A stretch of 64,000 bases of DNA from Microbotryum violaceum (lineage: Eukaryota): NCBI GenBank assembly GCA_001244265.2, contig CDLV01000008.1:1054001-1118000 (forward strand), given 5' to 3'. The notes under the pieces are model-generated. The model was given only the letters and a program-made list of their open reading frames with translations, was not told the origin of the DNA and made no database searches. Each line of letters starts with the position of its first letter. Position 1 is the stretch's first letter. The translations under genes and the position numbers were made by a program. Positions 24,891 to 36,432 of the stretch are shown one piece after another.

Positions 24891-27800
24891 CTATCGTCGT
24901 TCTTTGACGAGCACAACAAGAGCGACAAAGGAAAGTGCCGTAAAGATGACAAATACGCTCAACAGGAGGGTCATGTCGGGGAACCAAAAGGCCTGTTGGG
25001 GGGAGGGCAAAAAAGAAAGTGTCAGTCGACGATCGGGACTTGCCGGCTTCTCTTCGAGACAGCTCACCTGGGCGTTGAAACCAAACATGGAGAGGATGGT
25101 GGCTGCGGGGACCTCGATATCGACACCGTCTGTTACACATGAATAAAGATTTCTTGATCAGCGCTTGACAAATACGAGGTGCCGTAGAAGAACCTACAGC
25201 GATGATCCCTCAACTGAAGGTACCGGACTTCGTTGACGAGGAACGCCTCGAAAGCGGCGTGGAAGAAGGACGTCGTTTCGAGCCACTGCAGCCACCAGGG
25301 GAGCTTGTCGCGGTTGATCAACAGGCCGGCGAAAAGTAAGCTGTGGTCGAAAGAAGAAAAAGCAATGCCTTAGCTGGATGCCGGAGACATGACAAGAGAG
25401 TCAAAGCCACGACTGACTTGAACAACATGATCAAACTTCCAATCAAACTGGCGACTCCAGCGTCCTTGATGATGACCGAGAGGAATAAGACCACACTCGA
25501 AGCACTGAGGTTGAACGCAACGAGGACCATAACGAAACGCCAGAACGAACCGACGGTCGGCACGAGGCCCACGGGCGAGTAGATAATGGCCGCAAAGACG
25601 AAAGGCGGGATGACACGCAGGGGGACGATGTCGAAGAGGAGCTTGGCGGTGAAGTACGCTGCTGGGGTATAATATCCGTTCGCTCGCTCCCGGGTGAAAA
25701 GTAGGCGTTCCGCAGCGAACGCGTCCAGGGTTGTGAGACAACTGAAGCCGAAGAGGGAGAGGCAGAAGAAGCCCAGACCCATTCGGTTCTGGAAGCCGGG
25801 GATGTCCTCGCTGTTTGAGCATGTCTCACAGTCAGGTAAGCTTCATGAATCTCAAGTCTTTACCCGAGCATGAACTCACGTCAATCCTCGAAATAAGAAG
25901 GCACAGGTCCCTGCGAGCACACGTCGAGAGAAATCATTAGCGGCACCTTGCGAGCCTCGCTCGCACCGGATGCTCACCTGCAACAACAATGGCCACAGCG
26001 TAGTGTGCGAGCATCGATTGCGGGTTGCGGTACAAGTTCTTAAATGACCTTCCACTCAAGATCTTGAACTGGGTCCACCAATTAGCCCGCTTGAAGTTGC
26101 GCAGCACGACTCTTTGGCCTTGGACGTGGCCATTCTCCCGCGCCGCCGAACCGGCAGCTGTGATCTCTGAACGCGTCGCGACGGCAATGTCACTCTTGGC
26201 GAAAGCGTCGACGAGCCGAGTCAGCCTGAGAGGAAGCTCGACTTGAGGTGTGTCGCGACCCGAGCTTGAACCACTGAGGAGTCGCATCGAGAGCTTGGAT
26301 GTACCCTTCCCGTTCGTCGAGATGGTTTCGGCCTCAGCATCGGTAGGGTCCGTTGGCTGACGTCGGCGACGAGTCGTGCGTTGAACACCGAGCTCGGGAT
26401 CCGGCACAGTCACGGCATCTTCTTCGCCCTCGAGTTGGATCAGCGCCGCTTCAGCCTCAGCAGGCGCGATATCACTCGGCTTCTGCTCAGTCGCCATGGT
26501 AAGGTCGATGAGGTAATCGGCGATATTGAAGCCAGGTGGGCAAGCCCATCCGATGTCTTTGAAGTACGCTTGACAATCCTTGGCCGAGCCCGAGTAGACC
26601 ATCTTGCCGCTGGCAAGCAGGACGAGCTTGTCAAATAATGCAACGATGTTGGACTGCGGCTGGTGGATCGTGAAGACGACGGTGCGCTTGTACACTCGCG
26701 AGAGCTGCACGAGCGATTCGATGACGTTGAATGCATTGAAGGAATCGAGGCCTGCATGCATCATCATCACCACTCAAAAGTCAGCAGGGCTCCCTTTTCC
26801 TAGTCCTAGAACTATCGCCGCGAGCTGACCTGAGGTGCACTCATCCAAGAACAGGATCGAAGGGCTCGTCACAAGCTCGCACGCGATCGAGACCCGACGC
26901 TTCTCCCCACCCGAGATCGAGCGATGACCGCTTTCACCGATTCGGCTGTCTCGAATGTGCAGGATACCCAGCTCATGCATCGTCTCGAGTGTGCGCATTT
27001 TCTTGTCTTCAAAAGACATGTCGCGAGGCAACCGAAGAAGGGCCGAGTACAGCACCGTTTCGTACACGGTCAAGGTGCCGAGCAGTGTGTCTTCTTGATC
27101 AACGAAGCCGACGACTTGGCGATAGTCAGAATCGCCTACTTGCTGTCCGTTGACGAGGATATCGCCTTCGACGGTGCCGCGCTTCGACTTTCGCGCGAGC
27201 AAGTCAAGGAATGTCGATTTGCCGGCTCCAGATGCACCCATCACGGCCATGATCTCTCCGGGTTTGACAGATCCGCTGATGTCGTCGAGGACCACTCGAC
27301 CGTTCGGTAGTGTGTAGGCCAAGTTGGAGAACTGCAAAGCTGCGGGGATATGATCCTCGAGCAGGGATTTGTTCGTCGTGCCGTTCGATCCTCCATGCTT
27401 GGGCAAGCGGATGCGACCGCCCAAAAACGAGTATTCGCTTGTCGTGTCGGCACGTCCCAAATACCAGAAGACTGTAGCGATGCCGACCTACGTGTAAGCT
27501 CGCAGCGAACTCTGCCTGTACAAGGAACATGGACCTACGGAAAAGGCCCAGCAACAGAACAGCGACAGCGATGACGATCGTGACGACGACATACGTCTTG
27601 TCATTCGGTTTGGGCGGAACAATGAAACCCGGCACTTCGCTCGCTCGGAGACATTCGCCGGCTGTGCACCGGAGTGTGATGTAGCTATCCCCAAAGATGT
27701 CGTTAATCAACTGGTTCATGGCCGGTTCTTCAAACTTGCTGTCCTCGCCTGATCGGGTGCTGAACTTGGTCGGCCCTTTGATCTCTTCGTCGAGAAACTC

Positions 27801-29089
27801 GGCGATATCTGGCGCAGTGGTGGTGGAAACGTACATGGTAAGTTGCCGACCAGACGTAAACTCAGGATCAAAAGGCTTTCCGCTGACCAACGCTTCCATC
27901 TTCGCCGCAAAGCATGCGGCCAGGGATGCATGAACACGACATTTCCTGGCACGAATACTCGGTGTAATTGCTGTCATAGCCCGTCTGGAGGGATGAAGAG
28001 CAGTTTCGAAGGCCGCAATAGAACGATTCGACCTTGCCGATCCAGAACTGGAAGCCGCACGTCGCGGATGAGACATCGCAAGTAAATGTCACTTGGGGTG
28101 GTCGACCAGGCAACATGTCGAGGATCTTGCGATCTATAGGGGGACGGCGCATTATCAGTGCGATCAGCCACACACCCTCCGAAGCGACGATCCAAGACCT
28201 CTTGCTTACTAGTGACATCGCACATCTGGAACATCTCCTTCACCGCATAGCCTTGCTTGTAGCATACAGCATTTTCGTCGTCGGAGCCTTGACCATCGCC
28301 GTCTCCCTTATCGTTCTTATCACTGGCCTTGAGCATGCCGTTGGCCGGGTCTCGGCTGGCAATGAGTGCGGAGCAGGCCCTGTTCGTCTCACAGACTGCG
28401 GATAGGTGTGGAGCATCGGTTTAGTAGGGTGCATGGGGTTCAGACGATGCCTGGAGTGTTAAGACGCACCGTTGCAGTTTATACCACCCCATCCGGGTTC
28501 GCACTCGCACTCTGTGCCGTTTCGGGGGAAACGTTCGTTCCCGTTGGCGAGCGATCCGCAGACTGCTCACGTGCCACCCTTGCCGGGATTCGTCAGTATC
28601 GTGGTCCAGGACGATCGAGTAATCAAGCTGTGACTGACGTGGTTTGGAGCAGTCTTCGCCCCCGAATCCGGATGGGCAGATGCACTGTCCGTTGTAGTCG
28701 TTGCATACGCCTGAACAAGGCGGCGATCGAGGCGATGTAGAGTGATGTTGATGTTATGAGGGTCAGCTCCAAATAGTGATTAGGAGTTTACCAGTATACT
28801 TTTCATGGTATCTTCACTGACCTGTGTTGAGGCATGTGAACGCCGGCAGCACGCAGTTGAACGGGTTGCACGGCGGGCATTCTGGCGGACGGGGCATCAA
28901 GAGCGACGCTGGCCCAGAGACAACACCATAACTTGCTCGACCCGAATCAGGAACGATCTTGCTGCTCGTATTGGTGTCGTGCCAAGGCAGTTGATTGAGC
29001 AGTACTCCATTGCGTGCGGCGGACGCTATCGTGGCCACCAGCGCGAACGACGTCGTCCAGCGCACGATCGTCCGATCGAGCGGCGTCAT
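24891..29089 (-). CDS. ADP1: ABCG half-transporter with Cys-rich/EGF-like luminal N-terminus (multi-exon)
   Basis: Signal-like N-terminus and [16 protein letters not shown]. Walker [10 protein letters not shown], signature [15 protein letters not shown], Walker B LFLDE, H-loop TIHQP. ABC2 membrane domain; C-terminus VLVKERR*. Confidence 0.92.
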
Positions 29090-29717
29090 TGGTCCCCGAT
29101 TCGGCTGCGGTGGATCGCTTCGGTGGGTCCGACAACTCCTCGGTTAGCGGGATCAGTCAAAACAATCTCTTTCCGACCAAAGAGAGTCGAGAGATTAGTG
29201 TTGGAGCGCAAGTGTGCGACGTCGGTTCGACGTCCGATCGGGCAAGAGGGCAAGAGGGCAACGTGCGAGCAGTGGCACCGGGTGGTGGCTGAGTCGCTGA
29301 GCGCTGAGGCGCTGAGGCCGGCTGAGGCCTGAGGACGGCACCCGGAGGTCCCGGACGCTGGGCAGCGCTGGGCTAGGCCAGGGTTGCTTCAGGCTGAGTA
29401 ATGGCCACTGAGCAGAGTGGAGCTCGAGGTCTCCCAGTCTCCCAGAGACCATAACACTCGTGAACGCCGCCCCGAGGGATCCTCCATCAAAGGGATCATC
29501 GAGCTCCAACTCTATCCTGTTACATCTTTAATCCTCGAACCCAGTTGATGGGGGTAGTAACCCCTTCTCCCCTTGCGTCGTGCAGCGAGCAGGCCGATAC
29601 TTCCACTGATCACGAGCTTCGATAGCTTCGATAGCTTCACTCTTGACTGTTGCAGCCCCCACCCCCACTTGGTCCGAAACCGGGCCACAGCTCGCGGATC
29701 GAGTCGCCTTCAACACT

Positions 29718-32566
29718 GAGGGCCTTTTTGGCCTGATAATTCCAGGCGCTCGGCTGGAAATACCAGGCGCCTGGAAATACCAGGGGCTTGGGTAATACCC
29801 TCGTGAGGTGGTAATACCCGACCCACTGGTATTTCCAGCCGCGCGGGTATTACCACTTCACGAGGGGTACTACCCAAGCCGCTGGTATTTCTGTCGGTTG
29901 GGTATTCACCTTCTCAGCTGGTATTTCCACCCGAAAAGTCTCAATAGGGGCTCTTGTGCGGAGCACGACCGAGCGCAATTAGCATTAGGTTTTTTGTAAT
30001 GGGTGTCACCTTTGTAGTACTAATGCTCTGCTCATATTCGAATTTACTAAAACTTGTATTCGAACTTACTAATGCTCATGTTGGAATTTACTAATGCTCA
30101 CATCCAAAATGTAGTTTTTCAATGCAGGGTTTTCTACTGTATTATGGTATAGGTACAATACAAAGCAGCAAACTGAGGTCCACGTCCGTCACAGGCTCCT
30201 CCCATTTGTCTGGATTGTCAGATTGATCAAGATGAAACCGCCCGAAGCTCCGGCTGCCGCTCCTCTTGCCCGTTTCTTATACCCTTTAGTCGGCTCTAAT
30301 TATTCTTCCTCCTCTTCCTCTACCCGAGACTGCTCTTCCTCGCTTTCTTCTCTGCGGCGGACCCGCCTGATGATGGTGTTCTGGCTGATGCGAGAAGATT
30401 GTTTAGCGTTTGCCTCCTTCGTCGATTTTAACCGACCCGGGCCTCTTGTTCAATCGAGAATAGTGACTAACCTTCAGAGCGATCCTACGCCTAGCTCGTT
30501 GCGCAGTCTTGTGGCGAACCCGCCTGGTGATGGTCTTCTGGCTAATGCGAGAACATTGTTTAGCGTTCGCCTCCTTCGTCGATTTTGACTGACCCGGGCC
30601 TCTTGTTCAATCGAGAGTAGTGACTAACCTTTAGAGCAGATCCTATGCCTAGCTCGTTGCGCAATCTTGTGATGTCCGCCCTGGAAAGCCGTCCCATGAT
30701 CCCCGCCAACCGACAGGCCTCACGGTCGTACTGCAGTCTATACGCGGCTCAGGACATTCGCCAACACATCAATAACAGATTCTTCAGAGAGCCAGTCGCC
30801 CGATGTGACCCTTAAGAAAGCCGTGCGCTCACGAATCTGAAAGAGGATGACGAGTGAGTGCCTGAGCAAGCGCACGTTCCGTACATTCCGCGCAACTCAC
30901 ATATTTGACGATATCTTGTTGTTTTGCAGGTCCAAGACATCCCCACACAGTAGTGTTGCTTTGCGTTTTGGCTTGAATGAGCCTGAACGCGTCCTTGAGG
31001 TTGAACTCCTTAGGCGTGTGGTAGTCTGGAGTCCACATGCCGACCATAAAAGTTGATGGGGTCAGGTGTGGTGATTCCTGCCTTTACTAGTGCATCCCGT
31101 ACAACCGACGGGTCGAAGGACATCACACAGATGGTGAGCACTGAGGAGTCAGATCGACGAGATGGCGTCGCGCCCCGATCGTTGAGCCGCCGGTACTCAC
31201 GCAACCCAATCATAGTATACTCGCGCAGGCTCATAGAACCCTTGTCTTTTCAACGTATTTTCTGGCTGGAAGAAACAAGAAGACAGGTAGCCGCAGTGGG
31301 CCGATGGTGAAGGACGGCGGCGCGGTTGAAAAAGAACACGTCAGCAAATTCCCTCAACTGTGGCGGTGCAGACGCAGACCGCAAAAATTTCAGCTTTCTG
31401 TACACACGTGGACGTCATTCATGCGGTGGTTTGTTCGACTTGTCCATCCTTGTTGTACGTCTTGCCGTGGTCGACAATGTTTGTGTCATGGTAGGAAGAC
31501 GTAGGCGGGGAGGGTTGAGCTTCGACGTGGGCACAAGTGGATCGAAGGCGAAAGAAGGAAAGAAGCGCGCGGACGCATGGCGCCATTCTTCAGCGCACAT
31601 AATCAAATCTGCCTAATCGCTGCTCGTATTGCGCATTACTGTAGCCCTAATGTCCCGGATGGCCTGCCGGACTCGAGCTTCTTCGGTCGGGGGGATCAAT
31701 GGGGTCAAGTGAGGACCAAGCGCTAGGATTGGACGAAGAAAATTTTCGCGAGACACAACAGTTTGACGCGGCATTTGATTGGGGAATGGTGTCTCCTGAC
31801 CTGGAATACGAGGACCGCTCCAGCTCCAGCTCGCTCCCATTCGACGACGACGACGACGACGACGACTCCTCACGTACAAACGCTAATTTGTGCCTCTCAC
31901 TCCACAGACTTTCCTGGTAGGGAAAGTCAGGTCTCTTAATCTAAGTCGATTGGAAGCCGTCGACGCTATCGAGCGGACTCCGGTGGCCAAGCCAGCGCAA
32001 AGGCGGCAAAAAAGAAAGGCTGCTTTTGTTGTCAGTGCGCAGAGGCACCAAAACTTGTTTTTCACTCGAGGTCAAGGAACTCTGGGAGCGATCGAGATTA
32101 TAGATCTGCGCTGCATCTTAGGATCAGCTGGTCGCATCTATCGGAGGGTGGGTCGAGACTCGAGAGGAGCCTCGCGAGTATATCTGTGACCGATTGGAGG
32201 ACGAAGCTCGGCCCAATTTCTTGAGCTTGTAATCCATTCCCAGCTGTTTTCCATCTGCTAGGCTAGAAGTCATTTGGCTCATGCTGAGACAGCTGAGAGT
32301 AGCGGTATGACTAGGATCTAGATCCAATATATAAGTGGACAATACCATACCTGGCTGGGAATACCACCGGGCGAGGGTGATAATGGTGCCGGCTGGTATT
32401 ACCACGCGCCTGGGCAGAATCTCATTCGGCCGGAGCGATATCACCTTGCGACCTGGCAATACCCAGGCGTCTGGGTAATACTCGACGGCCTGGTATTTCC
32501 AAGTGACGGCTGGAATTACCACGCGCTTGGGTAAAATCAGCGCGCGCGTGGAAATGACACCCTTCC
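29718..32566. mobile_element. Degenerate non-autonomous TIR-like element with motif arrays at both ends and a decayed minus-strand spliced ORF
   Basis: Clusters of CTGGAAATACC/GGTATTTCCAG/GGTAATACC motifs in both orientations at ~29735-29930 and ~32340-32560. Ends GAGGG.../...CCCTTC. No clear TSD; boundaries approximate. Confidence 0.45.
30356..30671. repeat. Tandem duplication of a ~157-bp unit (exon plus intron on the minus strand)
   Basis: ACCCGCCTG at 30361 and 30518; CTTGTG ends at 30513 and 30671. Each unit contains GTTAGT..GCTAAAC..YAG on the minus strand. Confidence 0.85.
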
Positions 32567-33281
32567 GACCCCTGTCGCCGCTGCATAACATGAGCACGCA
32601 TGCACATAACTGCATACCCCTATATACTCTAATTCCACTCATTCCAATACCTCTGCACGACATTGCACAGCTATGCACCCTCGTGCAGTGCACGCTCGGA
32701 TCGAATCGACCTCCCGCGACCAGCTTCGTTGCCCTTCCTTCGCCCACTGCCGAGCGCAAGTCTTGGACGCCTGATTTCCTGAACCCTCTCCCTCGAGACA
32801 TCACATATTTCGATCCGCCTTTCGAGCGGGGACTGCACGTGTGCCCATTTGGCGGAACCATAGGCGCGCGTCTTCTCAATTTGATCGATTTCATTTGCAG
32901 TAGACTAACCAAGTATTGTCGGTTGGCTGACTATACGGCCCCAGAACAGCCCCGGCCCGCCCGCACGAGTTTGAAATTCACCCCACAAAAGCGAGAGCGC
33001 CCTGCGTCCGGCAGTGAGTGGACGTGGTCTGTAAGGGTTTGATCCCTCAAAGGTCGCGAGAACTGCTACAATCGACTGTTGACGTGTTCGGTTCGTTTCA
33101 GGTTGATCTCGTCTAAGTCGTCTAAAGGAAAGAAAGACTGTCCAAAGGTACTGTGACAAACCGATTCAAACGAGAGGAGAGCAAGTTGTCTCAGTTGTGG
33201 GCAAGGCCCGTGGGAGCACCCCTCACATGGTCTGTAGAGCCGTCCCACGAGGTCCGAGCGACAACAAACGGTGACAGAGCG

Positions 33282-33951
33282 CAAGGATTCTCATAGGATC
33301 TGATCTGATCTGATCCTGATCCTAGCTGGGCAGGATCAAGATAAGATAGGTCAAACCTCGGCGAAAAAAAAAAAAAAAAAGAAAAAAAGAAAAAAAAGTG
33401 GGGGGGGGGGTGGGGGGGAGGCGACGTAGCGTCGTTACTTGGTAGATAGCCCTTTAACTGATACCTGCCGTTCAAAGAGCGCGCTACAGGGTATGTACCA
33501 CTATCCGACATGACCTTTGTTACACAAGTCTAAACTGACTATAAACTTATGTTCGCATTTTGTAGATGTCATGCGAAACCCACCTACACCGGCGAGGGCA
33601 ACGCGCGCAATTGGAGCTCATAAAAAAAGGCGAATCAGTGGGGCGATCATTTCGGTTGATGATGATGATGATAATGGTGCCGACAAGGATGAGGAAGATA
33701 GTTATAATGGGCACAATAGTGGTGGTAGTAGTGAGAATGACTCGCTCAACACCGCTAGCGACAACTTGTGAGATGTAGTCATCAGTTGCCATATAAGGCA
33801 GTTAATTGTCTCAGATCAAATTGATCCTTCTGGATAGGATCAAGAAAGGATAGATCAACGCGGATTGGAAATAAAATAAAACAAAATAAAATAAAAATAA
33901 AAAACGGATCTGAACCGATCCTCCGGTGATCTGATCCTATGAGAACCCTTG
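33282..33951. mobile_element. hAT-superfamily non-autonomous element (MITE-like, 670 bp)
   Basis: TIRs CAAGGATTCTCATAGGATCTGATC and (revcomp) CAAGGGTTCTCATAGGATCAGATC. Perfect 8-bp TSD ACAGAGCG at 33274-33281 and 33952-33959. Subterminal GATC repeats. Confidence 0.9.
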
Positions 33952-34252
33952 ACAGAGCGGCTCCGCACTTGATGCTGCGTGGATTTGGAGAACCGTTTGG
34001 GGCCCGGTCATCATGGAAAGTCACCGGCCAGATGATGCCACTGGTCTGAACAAGCGTGCGGCGATGACCTCCGCCGCCACTGATAGAGGACCGCCCCGGT
34101 CTCGAGGGCAAAGTCTCAGCACACCAGAGCACACCAGTGGTTACCGACACTTCATCACACCATAAAGCCCCGACATCCACCTTTACTTCCTCACGTTCCA
34201 TCCAAAATCATCTCCCACGTCTAGCTTTGTGTCCCATCCAGCTCCCGAAATC

Positions 34253-36019
34253 ATGCAGAAGAACTACAGTCATCCTGCTTGGACCATCTTCACCGTGCCC
34301 GCTGATCCCCCGACGGTAGCGACTCTACCGTTGCGGTGCACGCTTTCCCCCAGCATCGGCAACCTTGATGAAGCTCACATCAGCGGACTCAATCTCGCGC
34401 CTACTTCTACCCACGAGCGTCGGAGATCAGAACTGCCGATCGAGATCGTTCGCCAGATCCTCGAGGAGGCCGTCAACGCGGCGAGAAGCGACCTTTTCAT
34501 TTGCGATGGCGTGTTCTTGCCCATCACCACGCAGTGCTCTGTCAGTTTGATCACCTTCGAGGTTTACATGACATCTGGCACTGACCCGGATCAACTTCTC
34601 AGACATGCACCTACAGATTGCTCGCCGGCGTGTGCAGTCAATGGCGGGAGGTCGTGCGAGAAATCTTCCACCGCTCCATCATCATCGGCGAGCGGACCTG
34701 CCAAGACGCTGGTGAGCCCCGGGCACTCTACAGGGACTAATTCGATGTCAGTAACTGACCATGGATCACTATCCCGCAGAACTCATCGAAACCCTCGGCA
34801 AAAATGATCAGGCCGCCGCTCATGTCCGATCGATCGATGCAAGCTGTCGCACCAAGAATCACTCGCTCCCCGAACTCATGCCTACCGCCCCGGCAACCAT
34901 CGTCGAAAAGTACGAGTTGGAACGTGCCGCTGATGTCGCCCTGTAAGTGTCACAGCCTGTCCCTCCGATCGAGCGCTGCTGATGCTCACAATCTTACCGT
35001 TCATTCTGTCCTGGTCGAAATTAGGGGTCAGCAACTCGTCAAGAGCATCATCCCTCTCTGCCCACTACCCACCACCTTCGATGCCGACTTTGGCCACCAT
35101 CCTGAGCTTCTAACGCCCGGTCTTCTTCCTCCTTCCATTACGACCCTCACCTTGCGCAATGTCTCGGCCGTTGAGACGTTTATCTTGCTGGCCGAGCTCC
35201 CAAGGGTTACGGACCTGACGTTGAGGATCGCTCCGTAAGTCACCTTCAGGCGGTTTGGAAACGCGTTGGTTTGTGCTGACTGGATAGCTTATGCCAACAG
35301 AGACTGGCTGCTTCACGAGGAGCTCGAGCCTTGCATTCTCGAGCGATACAAACTGCAGCTCACACGCTTCGAGCTCTCCGCGACTGCCTGGGGTGAAACC
35401 TCGGTTGCAGATCTCCAACTACTGCTGGAACACTCGGCTACGACGTTGAAGTCTCTCGTGATCCGTAACAAGTCGTCCTTCACGTCGCACAAGTTCGCCC
35501 TGGTCGCTCAAGGTCTGGTCAAGATCTACGCGCCTCAACTCGAGGAGCTGAGCGTCAGGAATCTGCCAAGAGGCGGTATGAGATGCAAAGGTCAGTCAGA
35601 AGTTCGTTTTAGAAATTGTAAGTGTCTCCTCAACCGCTGACGACTGTGACTGCGACCCCCTCCACACAGAGCATAAGGAGGTCTCCTACTTCCCCTCACC
35701 CCCTGTCCCTTTGCCTCGCCTTCGACATCTGCACTTAACCGGCATACCTTCCTCACCCACCTTTTTCGCCTCTCTTAAAAGCCCCAACCTATCCCGTCTA
35801 GTAATAGAAGAATTCGATGATCCTTCTGGACTGGCCTTGCTCACGACACTGAAGAGTCACGTGCTGCCCAAGCTCAACTCGTTGCGCGTGTGTGGAATCG
35901 CGGACGAGACGGCCAAGGTCGACCTTCTCGAATGGTGCGCCGCGAATGAGGTGACTTTGGCGGCCGGTTGGCGTTTAGTAGAGATTCAAAGGGCTTGGTG
36001 GTTTAAAAAGCGTGTGTAA
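34253..36019 (+). CDS. F-box-like / LRR (RNI-like) protein, multi-exon
   Basis: ELPIEIVRQILEEA plus next-exon LLAGVCSQWREVV (F-box-like). LRR-like segments ITTLTLRNV, LKSLVIRN, LEELSVRN, LRHLHLTG and LNSLRVCG. Confidence 0.6.
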
Positions 36020-36432
36020 AGCTGGAATTAGTTGTGTCTTTTTCATGACTTGGGTGGTCCGTGCGAGCGTCTACTCCGGTTTCGGCCACACGCCGGGCGC
36101 CTCGCCAATCAACGACAGCGCAAAGGCGGCTACTCTGGCGGCGGCAGCCAGTCTATTACTCTGCAGCCCGCCGCCGAAACAAAAGGCGGGGTGGGTCGGT
36201 CGAAGGCTTTCTCTTTCTGATCCTATCGTCTCGCCCGCTCCTTGTGATCACTTTGATCATCGTGAGTACCGGTGTGGTCGCCTGCTCTCTCGCGTTACTC
36301 GTTGCCCTCTCTACCCTGCTCTCTCGCCTTGTCACTGATCGTGTATCGCCTCCCCACCGTCGCTCAACGGCCGTTCGTGCGTAGTCTCCTCGACGGCTTT
36401 CACGTGTGCCGGTGCTGCTCTCAGAATCAGCC

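Noticed and set aside
29288-29335. GCTGAG hexamer cluster upstream of ADP1 (also AGCTTCGAT x3 near 29615 and GGCTCGGC repeats near 63690)
   Set aside because: Short low-complexity repeats with no evidence of function.
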